DNA of 64,000 nt from Candidatus Latescibacterota bacterium (GTDB lineage: Bacteria > Latescibacterota > UBA2968 > GCA-2709665), in assembly GCA_963667175.2 (NCBI GenBank), contig CAXXXF010000013.1, forward strand, positions 128,001 through 192,000, given 5' to 3'. Every line of letters starts with the position of its first letter. Position 1 is the first letter of the stretch. Both the position numbers and the translations under genes were made by a program. The notes under the pieces are model-generated. The model made no database searches and was not told the DNA's origin. It saw only the letters and a list, made by a program, of their open reading frames with translations. This document shows, piece by piece, positions 10,386 to 21,204 of this stretch.

Positions 10386-10487
10386 CTCTCTCCTTTCAAC
10401 GGGCTGCTCATGTTCTGTCCCGGAATACAGTCGTTTCCGAACTGCCTTACGGATTCTGTGCCTCTTGTGCTTTTTGCGGCGATTGCC

Positions 10488-11138
10488 CTACCGGAATCTC
10501 GACGGCCAGAACGCCTCGGGCGCCGCATTGAACGTCATCTCCTCCCTTCGGGTCGGATGCGACAGCGTGAGCGACCGCGCGTGGAGCGCCAGGCTTTTCT
10601 CCGGAAATCGGATCCTCGATCCATACCGGAAATCGCCGAGAACAGGATGCCCGCGGTGCGCGAACTGAACCCGGATCTGGTGGCGCCTTCCCGTTTCCGG
10701 CCGCACCTCCACCCAGGAAATCCCGCGTTCGAACCGCAATCGCCGGAACCCGAGCACCGCCTCCCGGCCCCTTCCGGACACGGCGCTTGACGGTCCGGCG
10801 CGCAACAGCCGGTCGGCCATCCGGCCCTCTCCCGGCGTCTTCCCCTCCACCAACGCCCAGTACACCTTTCCGATTTTGTGGGCGCGAAACTGTTCGGACA
10901 GTCTGGCAGCCGCCTTGGAGGTCCGGGCAAATACCATGACGCCGGACGTCGGCCGGTCCAGCCGATGCACCAGCCCCAGAAAGGCGTCGCCCGGCTTGTT
11001 GAACGCCTCCTTCACGTACGCCTTGCCGTGTTCCAGAAGCGAAACGTCGCCGGTACGGTCTCCCTGGACGAGCATGCCCGCGGGTTTCCGGACCACCAGC
11101 AGGTGGTTGTCCATATAGATGACGTCAAGAGCATTCAT
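10488..11138 (-). CDS. RluA-family pseudouridine synthase
   Basis: [38 protein letters not shown]. Confidence 0.92.
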   Translation of the reverse strand: MNALDVIYMDNHLLVVRKPAGMLVQGDRTGDVSLLEHGKAYVKEAFNKPGDAFLGLVHRLDRPTSGVMVFARTSKAAARLSEQFRAHKIGKVYWALVEGKTPGEGRMADRLLRAGPSSAVSGRGREAVLGFRRLRFERGISWVEVRPETGRRHQIRVQFAHRGHPVLGDFRYGSRIRFPEKSLALHARSLTLSHPTRREEMTFNAAPEAFWPSRFR

Positions 11139-12502
11139 CGCACCCTGTTCAGCCCGTTAAGCGCCGCCACCCGGTATGCTTCGGCCATTGTCGGATAGTT
11201 GAACGTGGTGTTGATGAAGTACATCAACGTATTGCCCGCGCCTTGCTGCGCCATAATTGCCTGGCCGATGTGGACAATTTCCGACGCCTCGGACCCGAAA
11301 CAGTGAATGCCCAGAATCGCCAGGGTCTCCCGATGAAACAGGATTTTCAACATCCCGGTGGTCCGTCCGGTGATCTGGGCCCGCGCAAGATGTCTGAACG
11401 ACGCATGGCCGACCTCGTAGGGGATTTTGTTCGCCGTCAATTCTCTTTCAGTCAGTCCCACGGAACTGATTTCGGGCAGGGTATAGATCCCCGTCGGAAT
11501 GTCCTTGACAAGATGGGCCTCACATTCCCCGAATATCAGGTGGGTGGCCGCGAACCGCCCCTGGTCGTATGCCGCGCTGGCGAGACTGGGGTATCCCGCC
11601 ACGTCGCCGACCGCATAGATGTGTTTCCTGGCGGTCTGGTAGGAATCGTTTACGACAACCGAACCCCGAATGTCCCTCTGAACACCGATCTCCTCCAGGC
11701 CCATGCCGTCCGAATTCCCCGTTCGGCCCTGCGCCCAGAACAGACAGTCGCTGAGGATTTCCTTATTGGATTTGAGGTGCAGGCGCACGCCGTCGTCGTC
11801 CGCAGCCACCCTCTCGTACTCCTCGTTGTGCCTGATCAGCACACCCTGTTCGCGCAGGTGATAGCTGAGCGCGTCCACGATCTCGTCATCCAGAAACGTC
11901 AGCAGCCGATCCAGGCTGTTGATCAGATTCACCTTGATCTGCAGGCCCCTGAAAATGGATGCATACTCGCAGCCGATCACGCCCGCGCCATATATCGTCA
12001 CCGACCTGGGATGGTCCTTAAGCTCCAGAATCGAGTCGCTGTCCAGGATGCGCGGATGTGAAAAGTCCACGTCCGGCGGGTGGTACGGCCTTGCGCCGGT
12101 GGCGATGACGAATCCGTCCGCGCGACAATGTCCCGCGCCCCCGTTCCGAAGGCGAACCAGAATTCGATGACTGTCTTCGAACGCGGCGCGTCCGTGGAAG
12201 ACGTCGACAAAATTCCTTGCGTAGAATCCCTTGCGTAAGTCCACCTGCTGCCGGATGACGCCCTCCGCCTCGCGCAGCAGGTCCTGAAATCGGGAATCAC
12301 GGGTACGGCCCGTATCCACCAGTTGCTGGATCGCGTGGCGCAGCGCCTTGCTGGGAATCGTGGTCTGGTGCGTGCACGTTCCTCCCACCGAGGGCCGGTC
12401 GTCCACCATGGCGACCCTCTTTCCCTCCTTGGTCGCCTTCATCGCCGCCCCCTCTCCGCCCGGACCGCTCCCAATGACGATTACGTCGTAGTGGTTTTCC
12501 AT
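11135..12502 (-). CDS. sthA: Soluble pyridine nucleotide transhydrogenase
   Basis: [28 protein letters not shown]-terminal [23 protein letters not shown]. Confidence 0.93.
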   Translation of the reverse strand: MENHYDVIVIGSGPGGEGAAMKATKEGKRVAMVDDRPSVGGTCTHQTTIPSKALRHAIQQLVDTGRTRDSRFQDLLREAEGVIRQQVDLRKGFYARNFVDVFHGRAAFEDSHRILVRLRNGGAGHCRADGFVIATGARPYHPPDVDFSHPRILDSDSILELKDHPRSVTIYGAGVIGCEYASIFRGLQIKVNLINSLDRLLTFLDDEIVDALSYHLREQGVLIRHNEEYERVAADDDGVRLHLKSNKEILSDCLFWAQGRTGNSDGMGLEEIGVQRDIRGSVVVNDSYQTARKHIYAVGDVAGYPSLASAAYDQGRFAATHLIFGECEAHLVKDIPTGIYTLPEISSVGLTERELTANKIPYEVGHASFRHLARAQITGRTTGMLKILFHRETLAILGIHCFGSEASEIVHIGQAIMAQQGAGNTLMYFINTTFNYPTMAEAYRVAALNGLNRVR

Positions 12503-12705
12503 AACGCAGGATTCTCTTCACACGGTTGCAGGAAATAGCTATCGAGGGCCTGCGCCGGCGACTTCGAACCCGTTCCGGCATACCCGGGGCGCCCGATCAC
12601 ACCCGGAATCCCCGGTAAAAGTAAAGGATTGTTGCGCACAATATCAAGCCCTCTCTTGTGTCCTGTCCCGGAATCCGAAAAGCCTTCCGGCCACCTTACG
12701 TGCGC

Positions 12706-12742
12706 AATAAATAAGGACGCCGATTCAGGAATCGGCGTCCTT
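12706..12742 (-). terminator. Intrinsic terminator after csp
   Basis: 14-bp stem AAGGACGCCGATTC/GAATCGGCGTCCTT followed by an A/T run. Confidence 0.7.
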
Positions 12743-12794
12743 CGAATGGATCGATAGAGGATTCAGATGCGGAAAAATGGACCGTGCCTACCGG

Positions 12795-13004
12795 TTAAAC
12801 CTGCCCCAGTTTCACGACGTCCGCGGCCTGGTAGCCCTTGGGCCCCTGCACAACTTCAAATGAAACGACTTCACCTTCGGTTAACGACTTGAATCCCTCG
12901 CCCTGGATAGCCGAAAAATGCACGAAGACGTCTTCGCCCTCATCCCTTTCGATAAAGCCGTAACCCTTGGCGTCGTTGAACCACTTCACGCGACCTTCTG
13001 GCAC
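12795..13004 (-). CDS. Cold-shock protein (CspA family)
   Basis: [26 protein letters not shown]. Confidence 0.95.
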   Translation of the reverse strand: MPEGRVKWFNDAKGYGFIERDEGEDVFVHFSAIQGEGFKSLTEGEVVSFEVVQGPKGYQAADVVKLGQV

Positions 13005-13147
13005 AGTGCTTCACCACCTTTCAGCGTTAGAATATCGATGAAACCAAAAACGGCAAGGACCGGAACTTCTGATCCTTGCCAGACACACTTCAGGACTGCA
13101 AAGGAGACAGAAACTTCATCCTTCTACGTCATGTTGCCAATTGATGC

Positions 13148-13176
13148 ATAATAATTCATTTTGGTTCAATTGTCAA
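13148..13176 (-). promoter_or_regulatory. Sigma70-like promoter of csp (long 5' UTR)
   Basis: TTGACA-17bp-TATTAT ~140 nt upstream of the start codon. Confidence 0.65.
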
Positions 13177-13475
13177 CCCTTTTTAAGCGGTTTTTCCGTA
13201 CAAGTTTTCCTCGCGTGCGTGGACACGTTTCCCGGCAGGATCCACGCGTGGGACGATCCGAACAAGTTATTGATATTCAATATGATATGACGGTTCATTT
13301 CTGAATTCCGGCATGAAATCACCGGCCGGGCGCCGTCAAAGGCGCCGAATTCGTACGAATCCTCCTTTACTCTTGACAGGCGCGAACTCGTTCTCCATTT
13401 TGGTTTTTTCGATCGGCGAACCGATCGAACGTGTCGTGGTTCGTGCACGGTCGTTCTCTTGAGGAAGGAGATCCC

Positions 13476-16400
13476 ATGCCCTCCTGGAACAGCACCGAAG
13501 AGAGAGAATGCAGGCGTCGACTTGAAGAACGGAAGGCAATGTACAGTCGGAGCGCCGGAGACGTCGAACACCCCTGCCTCAGTGTAAGGGACGACAACGT
13601 CAGTATCGCCCGCGCCAATATCCGCCGCCATGACTGGGCGAAAAAGCACTACGAGGGTATGCTCGAACTGGGCGATCACTATGCAGACCGTTCCGACGCG
13701 TGGATTGCCGGTATGGTCCCGGAACCAGGCCCCGCGCAGATCTACGGGACCTTCTGCCCCGTCTGCGGCGCGGACAACACCTACAACATGCGATGGAACG
13801 ATCGCGCTCCGGACAGACTGGTCTGTTTCCACTGCGGCGCCGCCATGACCGACGAGGCGTTTCCGGAAGAGGGGCGCCTCGATCTGCCGCGCTCCGGCCA
13901 GACCCTCACGTATTACATCCGGCCTGAAGAGAAAAACGACCCGGAGTTCACGACCGGCCGAAACGCCTTCGCCTGGGCGGGGCGCCGGGTCCACTCATCG
14001 TACAGCGGCGCCGTCCGGCAGCAGAAGGTCCACCGCATGCCGGCGGTGGCGCGGAACCTGGCCATCCTTTATCGGATGGAAGGCGAGGACCGCTACGCCC
14101 GCGCGTCGGCAGCCGTCCTGAAACGCTTTGCCGCCGTGTATCCCGCCTACCTGTTCCGCGACTACTGGAACACCTACATGGACTGCGATCCCCTGTACGC
14201 GTGCGAACTCATGGCGCAGGACAGGGATATCGCCCGGTACGAAGTCAACCCGTGTCCCGACCAGAACGCGCGTTCGCCAATGAAAAGCGGCAGGCTCATT
14301 CAGACGTTCTGGGGTTGCGGACGCCTGTCCGGCGGCGGCGTGCAGTCCGAAGCCCATTTCATCTCGATGCTGGCCGAAGCCCTGGACCTGCTCTGGGACG
14401 AAAGGGATGGCCGCGGCGCCCTCTACCTCACGGAACAGGAACGCGAGCGCATCGTCAAAGATCTGCTCGTGGAGGGCCTCTTCACCTTTACGCACTGGGA
14501 GGGCATCAACAACAAGGTCGCGGGTTGCCGCGAGGGCGAAGTCGTTCTCGGGCGGTTTCTGGGCGTTCCCGACTACGTGCATCGGGGAGTCGAGGGGTTT
14601 GAGCCATACCTGAACGGGTTCTTCAAATTCGACGGCAGCACGGCAGAAGGCGCCAGCTACTATCTCTATGCCGTGGCCAACGTGCGAAACCTGCCCGAGG
14701 CGGCCCACGGGTATTCCGATCCGCCAGCCTACGCTGGCAGAGACCGTTACGACGACCTCAATCTCTATGCCCCTGGCGGGCCCTACCACACCGTACTCCG
14801 GGCACGGACGTTGATGACCCTGCCCGACGGACGCCTGCCGCACACGGCCGACGCCCGAGAAGGGCCGTCCGATTGGCCGTATCCGGCGTGGATTCACAAC
14901 GTGGGTCTCGTGCGTCTGGGCGACGATTTCGCGCCATTCGTACGCATGGACACGGGGGACGCGTACGCCCTGTTCAACCGGCCGGCGGAACTGCGGTCCG
15001 CCCCTCCGCCGCCGGTACGCGACCGGTTCTTCCCGGGATGGCTGCTGGCGATCTTCAACACCGGCTACGACGGCATGTTCCCGTCCGACCTCACCGGAAC
15101 GGCCACCCTGCTGATGAACTTCTACCAGCCGGAAGGCCACGACCACCCGGACGCCCTCAACGTTGCCATGAACGTGGAGGGCGTGGAAGTCCTTTCCGAT
15201 CTCGGATACATTGGAGACCATCCTCTGAACGCGAGTATCCGAAGCACGCTCAAACACAACCTGGTGGTCGTCGACGAGCAGGAGCAGCTATTACGGGGCC
15301 GGCGGCCTCCCGGCAATCTCCAACTCCTGGCCGCATCGCAGGCGACGAAAGTGATCGAAGCCGACTGCGGCGCCTACGAACAGGCCGAAACGTACCGCCG
15401 CTTCTGCGCCATGGTCCACAGGGGGACCGGCCCTGCCTATCTCGTCGACGTGTTCCGAGTCGAGGGCGGCGCGGTCCACGACTACGCCATCCACGGAGAG
15501 GGCCGCATCAGCGCGCAGCCGGCCGACGACCGGCCGATTCCATTGAGGCGCCGTCCCGGAGTCATGGGGAGAGACATCGAGAAGCTCCGCGTCGGCCGAC
15601 CTGCAGGCCCGTGGACCGTGTCCTGGACCGACAGCGGCATGACCATGCGCGCCAGGCTGATGTCGCCCGTGGACGAAGTCATTGTGGGCGAAGGCCCGGG
15701 ACAGCGGGACCATGCGGAAATCGGCGCCCGTAACGACTACCTCTTCGCGCGCAAGACGGAAGCCGGAAACGGAAGCACGTTTGTGGCCGTGATCGACCAC
15801 TTCCGGAGCGACCCCGACGTCCGCGAGGTTCAACCTCTCTGTCTTCCCGACGACGCCGGCGGACCGGTGGCGATTCGCATCTGCCGCCGGACCGGAGTCG
15901 ACACGGTCATCCAGACCATGGATCAGACCGAACGCACCTATGGAGACGTCGCCTTTGCAGGTCGCGCCGCCGTTTACACCCGGTGTGACGCTACCGGTCC
16001 ATCGCTCTTTCTGGCGGAAGCGACCCGTTTTGCTTCCCCCGACCTGGCCGTCGACCTGGATGCAGACTCGATCAAGGGGGAAATCTCGGATTGCGACGAA
16101 TCCGGGTTCAGGATCGGCGAGACCCTCCCGTATCCCGATGCCCTCGCGGACCATTTCGTCCGGGTACAGGATCCCGAGCAGGGCTGCTGGACGGCCTACC
16201 GCATCAGGTCCGCGACCGCCGGCCGGATCGACGTGGACGAGTTTCCCTTCAACGCGGGCGTGTCCTGGCAAATCTCCTCGCTCTTCCGGATCGAACAGAT
16301 TTCGGCGGATGCCTTCCTCGTACAAACCACAGCCCCGGCCCGGTTCTCCATCCGGACGCCGCACCGTCGCGCCTTCATCGAACACGAAGACGGCATGCGG

Positions 16401-16496
16401 ACCCACCTGGAGTCGCAGAAAACAGCCGGTATGCTGCCCCTTTCCATCAACCCCCGGACTCTCCAGCCGGGCGGATCCATTTTACGTCTCGAATAG
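13476..16496 (+). CDS. Heparinase II/III-like polysaccharide lyase family protein
   Basis: GHDHPDALN, SDLGY, STLKHNLVVVD, EGASYY motifs; N-terminal CPVC...CFHC; AAGGAG RBS. Confidence 0.7.
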   Translation: MPSWNSTEERECRRRLEERKAMYSRSAGDVEHPCLSVRDDNVSIARANIRRHDWAKKHYEGMLELGDHYADRSDAWIAGMVPEPGPAQIYGTFCPVCGADNTYNMRWNDRAPDRLVCFHCGAAMTDEAFPEEGRLDLPRSGQTLTYYIRPEEKNDPEFTTGRNAFAWAGRRVHSSYSGAVRQQKVHRMPAVARNLAILYRMEGEDRYARASAAVLKRFAAVYPAYLFRDYWNTYMDCDPLYACELMAQDRDIARYEVNPCPDQNARSPMKSGRLIQTFWGCGRLSGGGVQSEAHFISMLAEALDLLWDERDGRGALYLTEQERERIVKDLLVEGLFTFTHWEGINNKVAGCREGEVVLGRFLGVPDYVHRGVEGFEPYLNGFFKFDGSTAEGASYYLYAVANVRNLPEAAHGYSDPPAYAGRDRYDDLNLYAPGGPYHTVLRARTLMTLPDGRLPHTADAREGPSDWPYPAWIHNVGLVRLGDDFAPFVRMDTGDAYALFNRPAELRSAPPPPVRDRFFPGWLLAIFNTGYDGMFPSDLTGTATLLMNFYQPEGHDHPDALNVAMNVEGVEVLSDLGYIGDHPLNASIRSTLKHNLVVVDEQEQLLRGRRPPGNLQLLAASQATKVIEADCGAYEQAETYRRFCAMVHRGTGPAYLVDVFRVEGGAVHDYAIHGEGRISAQPADDRPIPLRRRPGVMGRDIEKLRVGRPAGPWTVSWTDSGMTMRARLMSPVDEVIVGEGPGQRDHAEIGARNDYLFARKTEAGNGSTFVAVIDHFRSDPDVREVQPLCLPDDAGGPVAIRICRRTGVDTVIQTMDQTERTYGDVAFAGRAAVYTRCDATGPSLFLAEATRFASPDLAVDLDADSIKGEISDCDESGFRIGETLPYPDALADHFVRVQDPEQGCWTAYRIRSATAGRIDVDEFPFNAGVSWQISSLFRIEQISADAFLVQTTAPARFSIRTPHRRAFIEHEDGMRTHLESQKTAGMLPLSINPRTLQPGGSILRLE

Positions 16497-16725
16497 CAGT
16501 CCGTTGAAAAAGTCGCCCATATTGCGGAAATGCGGCATTGGACAGCCACCCGACGAGCATCCCGGAGGCCCCGGAATTCGAGGGCGATATCAGACTTGCA
16601 ATCCCGGCGGGTATGTTGTAGACTCTTGATATCGGTTTCGCAGGAACGCGCGCGCCGATCCTCGCCGGCATCCGCCGGAACGATACACCTCATCTGCCGA
16701 ACCTTTCTCCAGCGGGATTCCGTCC

Positions 16726-17841
16726 ATGTCCGCGCCGCCTCAACCCTGCGTCACGTACGAGTCTCTCGGGGTTCGCCCCCTGATCAATTGTATGGGAACC
16801 TACACCATCATCTCGGGTTCTCTGATGCTGCCGGAAGTCCGCCAGGCCATACAGGATGCCTCGAAAGCGTACGTGCATCTGGACGAACTGATGGAAAGGG
16901 TGGGCGCCAGGATCGCTGAACTGATGGCATGCGAATGGGGCATGGTTACCAGCGGTTGCGCTGCCGCGTTGTGCCAGGTCACCGCCGCCTGCGTGGCGGG
17001 CATGGATCCTGAACGCATGAAACGCCTGCCCGATACCTCCGGCATGAAGAACCGGGTCATCACGCAGCCCTCCCACCGGCACGTCTATGACCACGCCATC
17101 CGAATGGTCGGCGTACAAATCGTCGAGGTCGAAACCCTTCGCCAGATGGAGGCGGCCATCGACGAATCCACCGCCATGATCGCCATTTTCGGCGACGCGG
17201 CCGACCGGGGCACGATCTCCGTGCCCGCCATGGTCAGCATCGCCCGGAAATACGGCGTGCCGACGTTCGTCGACGCGGCCGCGGAACGTCCGGACGTGCC
17301 CAATCCCTATCTGACGGACGGCGTGGACGTGGTCGCGTACAGCGGCGGCAAGTGCCTTCGCGGTCCCCAGGCGTCCGGTCTGGTTCTGGGACGAAAAGAC
17401 GTCCTCCACGCCGCCTTTATGAACGGCGCGCCGCACCATTCGCTTGCCCGTCCGATGAAGGCGGGCAAGGAGGAAGTGATGGGACTCCTCGCTGCGGTGG
17501 AACAGTGGGTCAGGCGAGACCACGTCGCGGAATGGCAGGAGTGGGAGCGCCGCCTCGAAACCATCGTGAATGAGGTCGCGCATATCCCAACCCTGACGTC
17601 GGAAATCCTTCAGCCCGGCCGGTCCAACGTCGCCCCGGTGCTTGCCGTCAACTGGGATCCGGAAGCCGTCCGAGTTACGCCGGAAGAGGCCAGGCGGCAA
17701 CTTTCAGAAGGCAACCCGCGCATCGAACTCTTCCACACGGGGAGCGGCGTGGAAGTTATGCCCTACATGATGGAATCCGGCGAAGACGTCCTCGTCGCCC
17801 GCCGCCTCAAACAGGTCCTCGAAGCCGCGCTGCCGAACTGA
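16726..17841 (+). CDS. SelA-like PLP-dependent enzyme (DgaE-like)
   Basis: LGVRPLINCMGTYT, VDAAAE, YSGGKCLRGPQASG, RPMKAGKEE. Confidence 0.85.
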   Translation: MSAPPQPCVTYESLGVRPLINCMGTYTIISGSLMLPEVRQAIQDASKAYVHLDELMERVGARIAELMACEWGMVTSGCAAALCQVTAACVAGMDPERMKRLPDTSGMKNRVITQPSHRHVYDHAIRMVGVQIVEVETLRQMEAAIDESTAMIAIFGDAADRGTISVPAMVSIARKYGVPTFVDAAAERPDVPNPYLTDGVDVVAYSGGKCLRGPQASGLVLGRKDVLHAAFMNGAPHHSLARPMKAGKEEVMGLLAAVEQWVRRDHVAEWQEWERRLETIVNEVAHIPTLTSEILQPGRSNVAPVLAVNWDPEAVRVTPEEARRQLSEGNPRIELFHTGSGVEVMPYMMESGEDVLVARRLKQVLEAALPN

Positions 17842-17911
17842 AATTTCAATCGGGTCACGATAGCCCGCACGCGGCGCATCTCGCCGATCCGGGCCCCCGA
17901 CGGAGGCCCTG

Positions 17912-19147
17912 ATGCGCGTCGAAATCACCCGCCATGCGCTGGACCGCGTCCCCCTCTCCATCATCTTCGACGACTCCACCCTGCTGGTCAACCTCAACTA
18001 CTTCTTCATGCGGGACAGAAACCCCATCGACGGCCAGCGCCGCCGATGGGAGGACGTGCCGGTCGTCCACCCGGAGTCCTTCACGCGGGAATTCGCCGAG
18101 TACTGCCTCGACCAGGGTGTCAAGGGGAAATTCAGCGTCGTCCCATGTCCGGCGGCGCTGGGGCGGATCGACCATGGGCTGCCGCTCTTCAGCAAGGCGC
18201 AGCAGGAAAGTTGGCTGGATATGTGCAGGGAGCTCATCGTACCCAATTTCGACGTCACACCGGAGATGATGACCCACACGTTCGTGGTGGACCTGGAGAC
18301 GTTGAAGCCGGTGGACCCCAACCTCTGGGAACAGTGGGGCTGGAACCAGTTGCCCACGGACCGGGAGGACCTGGTGACCGACTACATCGCGCTTGCCTGT
18401 GAGATTCTCCACAACGTCGGCCTGACGCCCGACGGCGTCACTTCGCCCGGCGGATTCGGCAATCCGCTCGACTTCTACGCCAGATGCGCCGAAGCCGCCT
18501 GCCGCCGCGTCACCGGCAACCCCACGCCCTATCTGTTCAAACGCGTGTCCAACGGCGCGGTGGAGACGCCCGTGTGGCACCCCGACCGCGACGCGGGAAC
18601 GGCGATGGGCGAGATCATCGCCGGCACGGGAGACTGGACAGGGTCCTGGACGGGATACGGGGAAGTCAACCCCGATCGATACATCACGGCCGACCTTCAG
18701 GGAGGGCGATTGCCGGCCCTTATCGACGCGGCCGACCCCGCCGTCCTCATCAGCCACTGGCAGGGCTTCTATGGCCTCCACGACGCCGACCGCCGCGGAT
18801 TCAATGCCTTCAAGACCGTTGTCCGCCGGCTGAAAGAACGGGACCCTGCCGGCGAACGCACCCGGTGGCGCAAATGCAGCGAGATTACAACCTACGCCAT
18901 CATGCGGGAGATGGCCGAACTCACGTTCGAAGGCAACACGGTCACGCTCGACCTGCCCGTGCGCGTGCCGGAGTTGACGTTGTGCGTGAGGGAGAAGAGA
19001 ATCAGGTCCGTGGCGGCAGACGGTGCGCCGCTTGCCCGCGCCCCGATCAGGGCCGCATTCCGAAGTCAGACCTTCTACGAGGAGAACGGCGCAACCTTCA
19101 TCGCCGTCGATCCGCAACGTCGAACAACCACCCTGGAACTCCAGTAA
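17912..19147 (+). CDS. Hypothetical protein, possibly NodB/polysaccharide deacetylase-like barrel
   Basis: Long coding-like ORF with GGAGG RBS; FDDS, MTHT, TSPGGFG, SHWQG. Confidence 0.55.
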   Translation: MRVEITRHALDRVPLSIIFDDSTLLVNLNYFFMRDRNPIDGQRRRWEDVPVVHPESFTREFAEYCLDQGVKGKFSVVPCPAALGRIDHGLPLFSKAQQESWLDMCRELIVPNFDVTPEMMTHTFVVDLETLKPVDPNLWEQWGWNQLPTDREDLVTDYIALACEILHNVGLTPDGVTSPGGFGNPLDFYARCAEAACRRVTGNPTPYLFKRVSNGAVETPVWHPDRDAGTAMGEIIAGTGDWTGSWTGYGEVNPDRYITADLQGGRLPALIDAADPAVLISHWQGFYGLHDADRRGFNAFKTVVRRLKERDPAGERTRWRKCSEITTYAIMREMAELTFEGNTVTLDLPVRVPELTLCVREKRIRSVAADGAPLARAPIRAAFRSQTFYEENGATFIAVDPQRRTTTLELQ

Positions 19148-19163
19148 ACCGGATATCAGCGCC

Positions 19164-19622
19164 ATGAGACTCTGCGACGCATTGGTCAGCGACCGTATCG
19201 AACTCAATCTGACCAGCCCCGATCGGAACGGCGCCATTCGCGAGTTGATCGAAATGATCGGCCGGTCGGTGGACCTGCCCGATCCCGACGCCCTGCTTGG
19301 CCTGATCCTTGAACAGGAGGCCATCAAAACCAGCGGCGTGGACCAGGACGTGGCGATTCCGCACGCCCGGACGGACGACGTTGTGGGCGTGGTCGTGGGG
19401 CTGGGTATTTCCAGAGACGGCATCGACTTCCGGAGCCTCGACGGGCAACCCGTACACCTGATCTTCCTGATCCTTTCTTCCGAAGCGTCGATGCCGGCCT
19501 ACATGAGCGTTCTGAGCCGTACCGCCCGCATTTTCGACCGCGAGGCGATCCGGCGGCAGGTTCTGGGGGCCGCGTCGCCCGACGAGATTATGGAAATCAT
19601 CCGCGCACAGGAGCCGTTTTAA
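19164..19622 (+). CDS. PTS EIIA (Ntr/Fru-type) domain protein
   Basis: TSGVDQDVAIPHART (phospho-His motif), GIDFRSLDGQPVHLIFLIL. Confidence 0.88.
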   Translation: MRLCDALVSDRIELNLTSPDRNGAIRELIEMIGRSVDLPDPDALLGLILEQEAIKTSGVDQDVAIPHARTDDVVGVVVGLGISRDGIDFRSLDGQPVHLIFLILSSEASMPAYMSVLSRTARIFDREAIRRQVLGAASPDEIMEIIRAQEPF

Positions 19623-19684
19623 AAGCCGGGACACCGGATCCCGTTCGACGTCCGGCTGCGATCCCCGTCAGGTCGCCTATTGCC

Positions 19685-20020
19685 ATGCATTTGCTCTTTA
19701 TCACTCTCTATCGCGAGGACCTCCTCGACGAGGTCCTCTCCGGCCTCGTGGAATTGGAAATCACGGGCGCGACGGTTCTTGAAGGAACCGCCATGGAACG
19801 CATCCTCGCCGAGGAAGTGCCCATTTTCGCGGGTCTGCTGCCGGCCGGACCCGGTCGGACGAGCGCTATCGCGGCGCCCCTCGACGATCGCGCCTTGCTC
19901 GAGCCGCTCGTCCGGCTTTTCAGAGAAACCGGTGTCGACTTCAAGCAGCCCGGCGTCGGGAGGCTCTTTCTGCTGCCTGTCGATTTCTGCCTTGGACCGG
20001 AAAGTCGAGAACCTCCATGA
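19685..20020 (+). CDS. Small P-II-like (ferredoxin-fold) hypothetical protein
   Basis: 111 aa; LVELEITGATVLEG...GVGRLFLLPVD resembles the P-II superfamily. Confidence 0.55.
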   Translation: MHLLFITLYREDLLDEVLSGLVELEITGATVLEGTAMERILAEEVPIFAGLLPAGPGRTSAIAAPLDDRALLEPLVRLFRETGVDFKQPGVGRLFLLPVDFCLGPESREPP

Positions 20021-21204
20021 AGCTGGTTGTCGCCGCCATTCTGATCGTCGCCATCGCATTCGTCGGTTCCCGCCTCAGTTTCGTCCAAATCCGCCTGCCC
20101 CTCGGCGTCCGGAATCTCTTTCTCACCGGTATGGAATTCGTCCTGGTCGGCTTTCTTCTCGGCGGGGCCGTCCTCGATCTGCTTGACGTGAAGACCCTGG
20201 ACGGTCTCTATCCGTTCCTGGGCATGGGTCTCTCGTGGATCGGCATGCTCTTCGGTGTTCAGTGGGAGTTTCGACGGCTGAACCACATTCCCGCGAGGGT
20301 CTTCGGCGTCGCGTTCGTACAGAGTCTGATCACCATCTTCGTTGTTGCGGTACCGTTCTTCCTGCTGTTCAGCCGCTTTTTTTCGCACGGAACGGAACTC
20401 CTCGTCATCGCCGCGGTCACACTGGCCGCCGCGGCATCCGGCACGGCTTCAAGCGGTCTGACGCTGTTCGCACGAGACACCCCGTCTCGCGCGCGTCCCC
20501 TCATGCGGCTTCTCACGAACGTCTCCAATATCGACGACGTCGTCGGTCTCACCGCCTTCGGCCTCATTTCCTGCCTGGCCGTTCTGCACGCGGGCGCATC
20601 CACCATTCTCTGGATCGGCGTCTCCGTGGGGCTCGGTCTTAGCGTCGGTCTGCTGGTCGTCGCCCTCACCGCCTACCGCCTCAGGAACGACGAGATGCTG
20701 CTGGTCGTGATCGGCGCGATCACGTTTTCCGGTGGCCTTGCGCTGTATCTCAGCCTGTCTCCACTGCTCGTTAATCTGATCGCGGGCGTCATTGTGGCAA
20801 ACATGGCGAGAGGTCGCGCCAGAGCGGGTATTCGCAGCGTACTGCTGAGGGGAGAACACTCCATCTACATCATTTTTCTGATCCTGGTGGGCGCCGGATG
20901 GCGAATCGAATCCGTCTGGATTCTGGCGCTCGTGCCCGTCTACGTTCTCGTCCGGACGCTCGGCAAGGCTGCTGGCGGGTCCGTCTCCGTTCGCCTGTTT
21001 CTGCCCGGGTCACGTGCGCTGAGTAAATTGGGCCTGGGCCTGCTTTCTCACGGGGGAATGGCCGTGGCCATCGTGGTCAACCTGCACCAGATCCACCGCT
21101 CCGAACTGACGGACGCCGTGATTTCCGTCGTGCTGCCGGGCATCATCCTCAGCGAGCTCATTGCTCCGGCCTCGACGCGACGCCTGCTGGAAAACGCCCC
21201 ATGA
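20017..21204 (+). CDS. Cation:proton antiporter (CPA2/Kef-like membrane domain), subunit 1
   Basis: ~12 hydrophobic segments, SNIDDVVG, LSPLLVNLIAG, VRTLGK; ATGA overlap. Confidence 0.75.
   Translation: MKLVVAAILIVAIAFVGSRLSFVQIRLPLGVRNLFLTGMEFVLVGFLLGGAVLDLLDVKTLDGLYPFLGMGLSWIGMLFGVQWEFRRLNHIPARVFGVAFVQSLITIFVVAVPFFLLFSRFFSHGTELLVIAAVTLAAAASGTASSGLTLFARDTPSRARPLMRLLTNVSNIDDVVGLTAFGLISCLAVLHAGASTILWIGVSVGLGLSVGLLVVALTAYRLRNDEMLLVVIGAITFSGGLALYLSLSPLLVNLIAGVIVANMARGRARAGIRSVLLRGEHSIYIIFLILVGAGWRIESVWILALVPVYVLVRTLGKAAGGSVSVRLFLPGSRALSKLGLGLLSHGGMAVAIVVNLHQIHRSELTDAVISVVLPGIILSELIAPASTRRLLENAP

Noticed and set aside
12628-12642. ATTGTTGCGCACAAT near-palindrome upstream of sthA as a Rex operator
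   Set aside because: Spacing does not fit the TTGTGAA-N4-TTCACAA consensus; too weak to call
16726-17841. True selA (also 62956-64000), given the Sec-type selD
   Set aside because: Shorter SelA-like/DgaE-type proteins present as paralogues in catabolic contexts; not linked to selB/selC
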